A stretch of 64,000 bases of DNA, taken from assembly GCA_024704765.1 (NCBI GenBank), contig JAKMXF010000356.1, positions 94,076 through 158,075 on the forward strand, given 5' to 3'. Shown one piece after another: positions 23,023 to 34,300 of this stretch. Below the pieces are notes generated by a model. It did not search any database. It saw only the letters and a program-made list of their open reading frames with translations, and had not been told where the DNA came from. The stretch is from Oopsacas minuta. Lineage: Eukaryota > Animalia > Porifera. The first letter of the stretch is position 1, and each line of letters opens with the position of its first letter. A program made the translations under genes and the position numbers.

Positions 23023-23634
23023 GAGTTCTTATAAATAATAATAAATATATCTATACTGTAGTTTCTAAGCGATCGGGTTGACAGGTGAGTCCTACAAAAC
23101 TCAGATGGCAACCCGATCACTTTGAAACATCTGTTCATCTCCACAAAGTGTGAAAATATATCAAATCACTCTCGTCTCTAAGTGGTCAGGTTGACCCATG
23201 AGGATCTCAGAGCTCATACGGCAACCCGATCACTTTGAGTTGAGAGTGCGATTGGAGATGATTTACAAATCTCAAAATCTTTCCTTCTTAAATAGTCATG
23301 AAAACTATAGCCCTGGTAACCAATGGCAGCCATTGGTTACCAGGGCTATAGTTTTCATGACTATAAAAGAAGGAAAGATTTTTGAGATTTGTAAATCATC
23401 TCCAATCGCACTCTCAACTCAAAGTGATCGGGTTGCCGTATGAGCTCTGAGATCCTCATGGGTCAACCTGACCACTTAGAGACGAGAGTGATTTGATATA
23501 TTTTCACACTTTGTGGAGATGAACAGATGTTTCAAAGTGATCGGGTTGCCATCTGAGTTTTGTAGGACTCACCTGTCAACCCGATCGCTTAGAAACTACA
23601 GTATAGATATATTTATTATTATTTATAAGAACTC
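23023..23634. repeat. Near-perfect ~612-bp palindrome (305/306-bp arms, 1-nt loop at 23328)
   Basis: Arms are reverse complements except for one 1-nt indel and a 2-nt mismatch near 23275-23291. Centre GTAACCAATGGC-A-GCCATTGGTTAC. Confidence 0.97.
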
Positions 23635-23869
23635 ATAAAGTCTCCTAACTAATTAGTTCCAGTTTCATAATAATGGGTAGAGATTTTAAATTCGAATTCG
23701 AGGAATCAAGCAAATATACTGGGGTACCCATTAGCGGACAATACTGGACTGCTCGGCCTCCATTTCCACTAAATATACATGTGTTATAGTTATGTTATAA
23801 ATATATATGAATAATTTCAAGTAAGTGATACATATTGTTGTGGTTGTTATGAATAATATCATAACAATA

Positions 23870-25439
23870 TCAGCTGTTCCTCAGTATGTGTGTATACTTA
23901 GCTAGCTGTTTCTTCAGTTCTTCTAGAGTAGCTTCTCTCATAATTATTGTTAAAAACTATAAAACAAACAAACAAACAAACAAACATCTACCGTACTACG
24001 CTTTAGTTATTCCTGTCCAGTGAAGTCAGGAGTGGGGACATTTTGCGGCGTCCCTAGCGTCTCATTTGTGGCGATTATATATAACTAACCTTCCATTGAA
24101 TAACTTCACAAGAACACAGATCATGAGTAATCCCGTTACTTAAGTCAATCTTAACAACTTTATGACCACCTGTAGAATAGGTGTTAATTAAGTTAAGTAA
24201 TAATAGATTATATGATCCCCCTGGGGTACATGATACAGGAACTATAACTCACATTCTTTATATGATTCAATGAATTCCATCAACAGGTCGGTAAGTGTCT
24301 ATAATTAGAGTAATAACCAATCTTAATTGTTACTAATAATAGAACTACTAACCTCGTATTTCATTGGTTTATACATGAGCTCAGGTCTCCTGCTGAGACC
24401 CACGGTACCAAATCTCCCTTCTGAGAAAATTCCAAGGACAACATGTCTAGTTACGATACAATATATTCAATTTTATTTGACACTATCTCAATTATGAATG
24501 TAATCGTTACTACGAATATGAATAATACGGAACTTGGAATAATTCATAGTTCCAATTCAAATATACAGACTACTGAAGAGGAGACAGGTCTCTACCCCCG
24601 GAGTAACACACTTACCTGTGAGTTTTGTCCTTAAATTCGGATTTAAATCCAATAACAAACATCTTGAGGTTATCAATAGACGCTAGTAAGAATCTAAAAA
24701 TAGAAATTTTCTAATCAGCTGACTGATTAATATAACAATAACTTACATAGATAGAATAACAGCTTCTAGACATTTGATTGGTAGAGACTCTCTGATAATA
24801 TCTCTAGCTGTATCTACCAATCTATAATATACTAAAAATAGAACAAATCTATAATTAGATTATAATTATCCTACCTACTGATTGGTCTATTCTTTATTAC
24901 TTCAAAGTATTGCATTCCTGTGTGATTATATCTTGTTGTTAAGGAAATTAGAGGTAAGATTGTGATAATAAAATACACAATGGAAGCTCGCTAATAAGAA
25001 CATATTTTGGACTTCTGTAGTGTTCATATTAACGAGGTAACACTGATTAAGTATACGGTATACTCCCGCAGGGTAATCAGGTCAAATATACAATATTAAT
25101 AGGATACTCTAGCTGTAATAGATATTGCTGTATGAGAGATATCTTCTGAGAGAGTATCATTGGTCCTGTGAGTACAGGAGGCTTAGGGAGAGTAGGCTAA
25201 AGAAATAGAGCAATTAAATTAGTGTAACTAATCAGCTGATAATAAATGTATTTACAGATTCTTACAGGTGTTAAGGAATGTGAGCCTCTTATCCTATTCT
25301 CAACTGATCTACCATCAGGGTGTCTCCGTCTCACTCTACTCCATAACTTGTCTACTGAATCAGCTGATAGAGGAAGACCTGATTTGTTGATTAAGCGAAT
25401 TGATTCTGTGCTGGGACAAGCGAGGGGGCAATCTCCCAT
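23870..25439 (-). CDS. VASH: Vasohibin (tubulin detyrosinating carboxypeptidase), multi-exon
   Basis: Spliced exons give NKSGLP..LWSRV...HPDG, LEYNHTGMQYFEVIKNRP, ESLPIKCLEAVI (catalytic Cys), RHVVLG (His) and GLSRRPELMYKP. Confidence 0.93.
24932..25107 (-). other. Probable U12-type (minor spliceosome) GT-AG intron in vasohibin
   Basis: Donor GTATCCTAT; branch-site consensus TTCCTTAAC (24938-24946) just before the AG. Splicing restores LE-YNHTG. Confidence 0.7.
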
Positions 25440-25733
25440 GGAGCTAATCTTGTTTATGTATCTTAAGTAAACAAATATTGAGGACTTGTACCCAATATGA
25501 ATATTAACACATATTCAGGTCCCTGTAATGGTTACCTAAGTGGTATTACTCCAGTTATTACGGACACATTTTGAGCGTCCGTTGGTGTTAGTATTAAGGA
25601 GATTACAAGTAATTAATACTGCTAGGTTAAGATGGGACACGAGGCTAGAGATCAGTTACATGTGAGCTCTATAGGAACAATAAATGCTTAAAAGTTATGA
25701 AATGGTTGCTACTTGAATTATCTGTTAAGTATA

Positions 25734-26803
25734 ATGCTGAAAATATTTGTTTGTTTATTATTGTTTACAATTGTGACTGCTAGAAGTCTCAGAAACAACA
25801 ATAAATATATAATAGTGCTACGTGATGGATGCGGTGAGGGAGATATGAAGTATGTAATGAATGAAATACAGCTGTATGAAGGGAAACAGACAGAGGATCT
25901 GGAGATGAAGTGTTCTAAAATTATATTCCCATTCATTACTGCAGTCTTAAGTGATAATACTGTACACAAGGTTAGTACACAATAGCATAAACAACAACAC
26001 ATTATATTAACATACAAGGATTTTGTTTGTTTGTTTGTTTACATATTTTGTTTACAGGTATCCCTCCTACCGGTAGTAGACTACATAGAGAAGGACCAAC
26101 GAGTCCACATGTCCCCTATGGAAAATACTACCACCTCCAAAGGGCCCACCTTCGCAGGGCCTACTGATGGTCTACAGCTGTCAACTGACAGATATAACTT
26201 GGACATAATTAACAAGCCTACAGACGGGTGTAGAAATAACGAATATGATCCTCCAAATGATGGGACGGGTGCTGATATTTATATTATTGATACAGGTATT
26301 AATTACGATCACGCAGACTTTAAAGATTCTCATGGAGTAACCAGAGCAAAATACGGAGGTTACGATCCAATTATTCCATCAAAAGATGGGGCGGATTGTA
26401 ACGGGCACGGGTCTCATTGTGCGGGAATAGCAGGGGGTATAACTAGCGGGGTAGCAAAGAATGCAAACCTGTACAGTATTAGAGTGCTAGATTGCAGTGG
26501 AAGCGGGTGGACGAGTGAGATAATAGGAGGACTGGATCATGTAGCGGGGAGGCATGAAGAGAGGCACCAAGAGTAAGTTTATAAACAACAAACAAACAAA
26601 CAAACAATATATAGTTAAATTGGTAAACTTGTTTCAGCTCCAAATGATGTACATCTAAGCATGCAGGCCAGTGGCACAAAGTGTCCAATTCATGGAAATA
26701 TTTCAATGACAGTTAAAGGCGGTCTGTGTAGATAAAATCATTAGTAAATATATTGTGTAATCATTCATGTGACAACTGAAACTAGTTTACAACTAACAGC
26801 TAA

Positions 26804-26836
<33 letters not shown>

Positions 26837-27626
26837 TAACAAGTGTTTACAATTAACAGTGACATAACTGAATTTAATCCATTCTAGCGCTGATTTTGTG
26901 GCTTCTATAGCCAGCATGTCACTTGGGGGAGGATACAGCAATGCATTTAATAAGGCAGTGAATGATGTGGTAGGCAAAGGGGTTTTCGTAGTGTCGGCGA
27001 GTGGTAACGATGGGTTGGACGCTTGTAACTCAAGCCCCGGATCAGCCACAGACTCTATTAACGTGGGTGCCAGTTCAGAGCCAATCCCTGGATGTGAGAA
27101 CCCAATAGCATACTTCTCAAACTGGGGTACCTGTGTTGATATCATAGCTCCAGGCGTGGATATTATGAGTGTTGATTTCAGTAATAACAATGGTAAGTAT
27201 TGGTTGTTAAGACCCGCCCATTGCTGTTAAATACAACCCACTCAAAGGAGCGGGATAATCCGAGATATAACCGATGATAAATATGTAACTTTGACGGTTC
27301 GTGACCATATTTGTACAATTTCACACCTCGATATATCAATTTTCTTTGTAACGGAGTTGTCTGTATCTCTTAACTATACATACACACATTCCAATTATAC
27401 TTTATCGTAACTAGATTTCACCAAGTTTTCTGGGACCTCTATGGCATGTCCTCATGTTGCTGGAGCAGTTGCTCTCCTATTAAAGAATGACAAGACACTA
27501 ACCCCTGCAGAGGTTAAGGAGATGATAAGCAATGGTGCTGATGATGTAGATAGGTCAGCTATGACCCCACACATCAGAAATCAATCTACCAGCAAGAGAC
27601 TCTATGTACCCACTAATTACAGCTGA
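25734..27626 (+). CDS. Secreted subtilisin-like serine protease (S8A, proteinase K-like) with I9 propeptide, 4 exons
   Basis: Signal peptide MLKIFVCLLLFTIVTA; catalytic motifs IIDTG, HGSHCAG and SGTSMACPHVAG; oxyanion SGN. Confidence 0.93.
26625..26788. mobile_element. MITE-like repeat, family C (second copy 32718-32880)
   Basis: Inverted termini AAACTTGTTTCAG and CTGAAACTAGTTT; shared core CATCTAAGCATGCAGGC..GTGGCACAAAGTGTCCAATTCATGGAAATATTTCAATGA. Confidence 0.7.
27232..27364. mobile_element. pogo/Tigger-like MITE, family A, inverted copy in S8 intron
   Basis: CATATTTGTACAATTTCACAC core is the reverse complement of the 1807 copy. Confidence 0.55.
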
Positions 27627-27863
27627 TTAACTACCTTTTAATCGTGTTACAATTTGTTGTTATTTACGTATCATAGAGATGTATTTGTAAATATTGTTAC
27701 CTGAGGATCTGCCCCCCCAGCCCCCCCCCTATTTATCTAACACCTATCTGTTTATATTATTGTTTTCTAGAAGATTTTTGATAACAAATGTTTTCATACA
27801 TATGTTGTTGATCAATAAAATGTAAATACAAACACACTAATTCAATTATAATTATTTGTTCTT

Positions 27864-30800
27864 CTAACAAATTGGAATCTTAACACCTAAGAAATTATAG
27901 GAATATATAATGTTTGTTTGTATGTATGTTTGTTTGCTTATTTGTATGTTCGTATGTTTGTTTATTTGTTTATCTGTTTGTTTATCAGTTGTTTTATCAC
28001 CTGATTTCCTATCCACAATAGATTTAAAATATTTCTTGGGTAACATTCCATTCTCATTTCCAGGACATAGAATTACATTATTGTCAGACAAGTAGAAGTG
28101 ATACCCATCTGATTAATACAAATACAAATAAATACAATAACATTCCATACAGCTATTTCTGTAACTACCTTGCATAGCTAATGCTAAATCAATCTGTATA
28201 ACTACTTGGCAGCTAGCTCTCATTCCTATAATTAGATTATATATTACACAAGTTGAACTGGAACTATTAACTGGAACTAACCGCTTATTACGTCATCTGC
28301 TCCTGGCATACCTGGAGCGAAGTGTATATGATTCCTACCCATCTTAGAGAGACCCTAAAATAACAAATCAAGTAGTAACACCTTAGTTACGTATTAACCC
28401 TGTTGGTATTTACATAAATACCTTGTATAGTATAGCTTGTATACATCTATTATATGTGCCATGTATAACCACAGGGTATTGAGTAGGATCTGTCACTTCT
28501 ATTAGTTCCAATTCTATGCCCTAAGGAGACAGAGAGATTATTCATATTATAGCACCTTTGGAATGGGGACATAATATATAATCACATACTACACTCCTTA
28601 ACGTGCTTCTGTGACGTGTTATGTCCCATTTCCATGGTTACCTCGTTGGTATTTGGCTACACCCCGATGATACGTCCAAGAATAGGGAGAAATTGAAGAA
28701 AATATTTATATGAACTATTCATGAGAACACTAATTTAATAACAATCTGATATCTACTCATATACCAATCCCTATCATGCAAGCAAACAAACAAACAAACA
28801 AACAAACAAACAAACAAAGAATCTAATCAATAACAAGGTAGTCTATTTATTGATCGGAGAGAAGGAAGTTGGCAGCTAGTTCTTCATTCTTATCAAATGC
28901 GAAGTAAGCTTGTATTGCCATTTGTTCTGGAAATCCTAATGCCTTCAGTCGATCGATAGCTTCTTTCTCGCTAGAGGTCACAGTAAGGGTCGATTGTCCT
29001 CCAGCACCTGCAGGGGGTGCTTGTCCAACAGTTGGTTGCCCTGTGGGTGCATGACTAGGCCCTGAGTCTGGGGAGTTTATTAGTTCTCTAAATTGAGCTT
29101 CATTTTGGTGAATCAGCTGGAAGAGTTGAGGATTGGTCTCCTCTATTTGAGCAAGGATTTGATGTAAGGCTTGAGGATTTGTTTGCAGGACATTTCTCAG
29201 CTGTTGGAATTGAGGTTGTGACCGGAGGAACTCTAGGGTGTTATCCTGCGCCGCTGGAGTCACCCCCTGCGCCTGAGGGGGTCCCATCACACCTCCCTCT
29301 GTAGGCATAAAGAGCTCTTCCCCACCTGTTAGAATTGCAGCTGCTATTTCCAATTTATTCTCGCATCGAGTAAGGACCTCTTCCACATGAGACCGAGGGA
29401 TGGAATTACCCGTTAACTCCATAAGGTTATCTATCATCTCCTCTGCGGACTGTTGAGGAGCACTACTAGCACCCTGTGGAGGGTCAGGAGGGGCAGCTAC
29501 ATCCTCAGAGGGAGCAGCAGGAGACGGAGGAGAAACTTGAGGCGCTGGTGCCAGCTCGGGGGCGGGGGCAGGTACTGGGGAGGGTTTTGGTTTAGAAACC
29601 ATGACAACAATAAAACTAGCCTCATTGAGACCCATCTCCTGAATTATTTCAGTATCCTTTAGAATTTTACCCTTGAATATGAGCTTCTGATTCTCAGCTG
29701 GGTATTCAACACCCAGAGTCTCTTGTATCTTACCCTTGAGGTCCAGTGAGGTAGCTGTACCCTCTATCTCAATTTTAATCGTCTGTTGCTTAACGGTCTT
29801 AACTGTTACACTAAGCATGCTAGCAACCGATTGATGCGGGAATATGTAACTTTAGTGAATGAATCATATAATGCATGCGGAAGGGGCAGAGACACAAATA
29901 ATTAATCATATCTACGCCTGCAATATGTATAAAAGATATAAAATAAACCACAACAAATAAAAGTTAATGATAATTATCAAACAACTTCCTACGAATAGCA
30001 GATATATCCCTGTCACATTCCTAATACACATCCTAGCGTCCTCAGAAGTTAATTCAGGGAGGACATTTTGTTCCTCTGTTATATAAGATTTCTCAATTTG
30101 TGTATCCTCTGTTTCCTCGGTCTGTGGGGTGTATACTAGTCCCAGTTCCAATGGGGGTATAGTACCGGGGGAGGTCTCTATGGGTCCAGTTTAGCCTGTT
30201 TCTCTCAGATTAAGTATGTAAGTCTGTTGGATGCTTCCTCCATATATTGAAGCTACAGTCCCCCTTAACACCCCCTCACCTCTCTCCTGTCATGTCCCTC
30301 ATCAGTTGTACCTAACAGCTGATCGACATATCATCATAGCATATCCCACATCTGTAACTCTAGGATATAATCAACCGAATACTGACCTCAAAAAGGTGCT
30401 AAAGTTTATTGAATGAAATTCAAATTAAATACTGAAAGAATAAGGAAAGATACCAGCAGGGTGTCTGCAATAAGGTGTAAATTGGTATGGGAGTACACGG
30501 GGGTGAAAAGTCACATATCTATGACCAAAGGTGACAATTGTGCCAACCTATCAGATTAGATAATATGATATTCTATTTGCTTACGTATAAATTTTAACAC
30601 CCTACAATAGATTAATAATACAACTGTGATCTCGTAACCTGTCAGTATTTGGGACATGCCATACACCTTAAAATGGTAACTAAGGATAATTTTAAAGGAA
30701 TGCATCCTAATATGGTAACTAAGGATTACTTTAATGGAATGTCCCTGATTAGCTCTGATCTGTAATAGTTCTGTGGTAGGATCTGTCCGTATAGAGAATC

Positions 30801-31138
30801 TCTGTTTATCATTCAAGGCTACTACCGCCTTAACTTGCGCTATAGAATATTTCTTGAACTTAGGGAGAGACATCAATTCATCAAGATATATATAACCTCC
30901 TATTAATCTTGTGAATAACTAGTAAACAACAACAAAATAGTTAACAAGTGTACTACCTGGTTGTGCCTTTAACCCTTCTTTCTCAAAATTGTGTCTTAAT
31001 ATGGAACTAAGTAATTTGGATAGTTTCACTTCCTCAGTTTCCTATAATTATACAAATTTGAATTGTATGATTTACAAATAAATAATATTTTGATAAACTG
31101 ACTGGATAGCGGGATTTGTGTTTCCCTCCTGTAGCCAT
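27864..31138 (-). CDS. TRPT1: tRNA 2'-phosphotransferase (Tpt1/KptA family), multi-exon, split by a 2.2-kb intron
   Basis: Exons give KLSKLLSSILRH, NDKQRF..QIRANQGHS, VIHGT, GRNHIHFAPG, SGMRASC and FYLSDNNVILCPGN. Confidence 0.92.
28847..29818 (-). CDS. RAD23: UV excision repair protein RAD23 (UbL, UBA, XPC-binding, UBA), intronless, nested in TRPT1 intron 28521-30729
   Basis: UbL QKLIFKGKILKD, XPC-binding LEFLRSQPQFQQLR..QTNPQ, and UBA2 EKEAIDRLKALGF..AIQAYFA..KNEELAANFLL. Confidence 0.93.
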   Translation of the reverse strand: MLSVTVKTVKQQTIKIEIEGTATSLDLKGKIQETLGVEYPAENQKLIFKGKILKDTEIIQEMGLNEASFIVVMVSKPKPSPVPAPAPELAPAPQVSPPSPAAPSEDVAAPPDPPQGASSAPQQSAEEMIDNLMELTGNSIPRSHVEEVLTRCENKLEIAAAILTGGEELFMPTEGGVMGPPQAQGVTPAAQDNTLEFLRSQPQFQQLRNVLQTNPQALHQILAQIEETNPQLFQLIHQNEAQFRELINSPDSGPSHAPTGQPTVGQAPPAGAGGQSTLTVTSSEKEAIDRLKALGFPEQMAIQAYFAFDKNEELAANFLLSDQ

Positions 31139-31301
31139 TAATAACTAATCATATGATAAACAGGTGCAGCAGGTAAACAATAACAATAATAGATGTAAAA
31201 TAAACAAATAAACAACAAACAATAATAGAATAAAACTGATCAAATAATTGAATAATCAAAATGAAAGAAAGAAGTGAATAAAGTTTGAGGAATATGATTG
31301 A

Positions 31302-34300
31302 CTAATATTTCGAGCTAAGTAACTCCCTGAATTGTGTAATCATCTCACGGAGGGTGGGAGTAATACTCATACCCTCGAGATCAGTTAGGTAGATAGGAAT
31401 GTGGCCTGATAACCATTCTACAACATGTCGTTTCTCAGTAACATTTAATATATTATGTGATGTCATAATATAAGAAGATAGTTTTAACACTATCTGGGGT
31501 ATATACAGCTGAGCCTGATTGTCTAACCAGAAAGCATCCTTAGAGAGGTACACCCTATGGTACTCATTGAGGAGACGGATGGGGGAGAGGCCTGCCTCCA
31601 GCAGACACATGAACAGGTGGGATTGATCCAATTCGAGCTCGAAGGAACGTTGCTCCAGGAGAACTATAATGAAATGCAGAGGGAAATAGGTGTCACCTGA
31701 TTGGTTGTACTTTACAGTCAATTCCTTAAGTTTACGTAATAGGCCTATTACGTCACCATCAGTTCTCTGCTGTTTAAACATTGTAGATATCATGTCAGTC
31801 CATAAATCCTCTACCAGACGGAGGTCCTGGTGTCCCGAGCTGTGGAGGATAGAGAGGCGCCATTCTGACAAGCCGAAAGGAGTAGCGAATTCCATATACA
31901 GCTTAGTGTTGTCAAGGAGAGATAGGTGAAGTTGGGAAGCTGCTTCTATGGCTTCTGAAGTGTTTAATTCAATCAGAGCAGTTTGAATACCTACAGGAAG
32001 GTGTTAGAATTGTGTCACTTCAAATTGTGTCCTAGAAAAGAGTACCTAATTGTATCTGAGCCACTTCTAACTTGTCTCTAGTTTCTTGAATGAATTCCTG
32101 CAGTCCAGCAGCAGGATTAAATCCTATTGGATGAGAACCAGCACACATAACAGCACGTGATAGCAGTTCTATACGATTAGACAGCTGTAATTCTTTGTTA
32201 GATGATGTAGACATACAGTGTAGTACTTTAGCTGCTGCCATGAAGTTATCTGCATTCTTGTAGTATCTAGGGAGTGATGTCATAATGGTTTGACACTTGT
32301 AAATCAGGAGTCCACAGAATGTGTTAAAATAGGTATATGCGAATATGTTAGAGACAGCTGGGTTAAAGTAACTAACCTCCACAGTAATCCCAAATAAGAT
32401 ATATCCCCTGAGGGAGCTGAATCAGCTGATGCTCTAAGATACACCTCAAGATAAGCAGTGTTAATCTGTACTAATCTGTCCTCTTGATGAGACTCTATAA
32501 GATGTGAGTACATAGCATGATGTAACAGTTCCTCTGGTGCTGATAGAGCTCGGGTAAGTATACTCTCATGTGCTAAGGTGTCTGTATCCCCTCTCCCTGG
32601 TTTATGTGACCTCTCTAGATAGTCTACTATAGTCTGGTAACAACTGTCTCTTTTCTCCAACGCACTCAGACCTGGAAAATAGTATATTAATATATGGATA
32701 AGACCCCTGTTAATTAGAAACTTGTTTCAGCTCCACATGATATCCATCTAAGCATGCAGGCAGGTGGCACAAAGTGTCCAATTCATGGAAATATTTCAAT
32801 GATTTTACTTCTAAACATGTTAATTACGCGTGTTAAAGGAGGTCTGTTACTACTATTCATGTGACAGCTGAAACTAGTTTACAACTAACAGTGACATAAA
32901 CAACAACAACAACAACAACTGTGTACAACTAACTTGCCTTTAGCATCAGTTCTAATCTTCCCATTATCTACATAACTCTTAGCTCTGTTGTCTGGATCTA
33001 ATCTGTGTGCAGCTGATAAACAAAGATCTACTATTCCGTCATTGAAATGCATTTCATAGTATTTATCACAAACAGCTGATAGAGAGACAAGGTGTGATAC
33101 TTGCATAAACAGCTGGAGGCTCTCCTCTAATAGAGCATCTTTCTGAGTCTAATAGGTGACAAAATATGATTAATCAGTGTGGGAATCATCCATATAAACA
33201 AAACAGATAATCCCATTGGTTTATTCTTAAACCTGAACAAAGGTGTGAATACATAATCATATAACCTTAGAATTAGTATCACCAGACAGCTGTGAAGCCA
33301 TAGATACACATTCCTCAGCTTTAGCACGCTTAGCATCATCAGCTGAGTACAAATTAGGAGTCAGCTGTAGGAGTCTGTCACTCAATTCCTCTGTCATACG
33401 TTCATTGCCATGGTACCTAAAAGGCATGTGAAATCTTAAATAATTGTATGTTTTGATGATAACCGGAACTATAACCGGAACTACATACCTAGCTAGCAGA
33501 GCAGATAACAGAGCACTTATGACCTGTCTATGCACCAGCAGTAGGTCACAATACGTCATAATAGTGAGGTCATGTTGCTGGTCTTTAGATAGAGACTGTA
33601 TTATGAGTGGTAACTGATGTTGTAGTAATAGCATTAGCAAGGATAATAGTTCTATTGACAAGTCTGTTATGTGATAGATACCTTCAATCTGATTACATTC
33701 ATATCTTATTGATTCTATGTACTGTTTGTGATTACTGGGATCTGAGAATATAAACAAATAGATAACTTAATGAGCCACATAACACCTATATGCCACATTA
33801 CTGGAGATAGGATTCAGTAGCAGGAGGATATGAACTAGCCTGTAGTGTCGTTATGAGATTGTAAACTAGATTTGAAAATAGATGAGTTAAGGGAAGTGTT
33901 AGTAGAGAGAGGTTCTAGAGGAGATGGAGCATTCCTAAGAGAAGGATTGGTATCCAGGAAGTCTCTTAAATGAAGTAGCCTTGCTCTCATGAGCTCTAAA
34001 GTGATCTACAAACAAACAAACAAACAAACAAACAATAACAACAGGTATATGTATACATATATAAACACTCCTAACCTCTTGGAAGAGGGGTTCATACAGG
34101 TCCCCATGGGTCTGTTGGACCAGTGGAGTCTTCCAGAGGGGTCTTAATATCCTAGACAAGTATAAACCCAGACCGTGTAGTTTGTCTGAGTATAATATAT
34201 CTGGACCAATCATAGCTTTACCCAGGTACCCCCGAGGGTTAGACCGATCCTCTGAAGGTACAGAAGGGGAGAGGATCTTGGGTTCCCCTCCGTATCTGAA

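Noticed and set aside
23198-23443. 81-aa ORF inside the palindrome
   Set aside because: No recognisable motif; spans the hairpin centre; probably incidental.
30721-30729. TRPT1 donor GTAATCCTT as a U12 site
   Set aside because: An extra A breaks the RTATCCT consensus, and there is no U12 branch motif at the acceptor.
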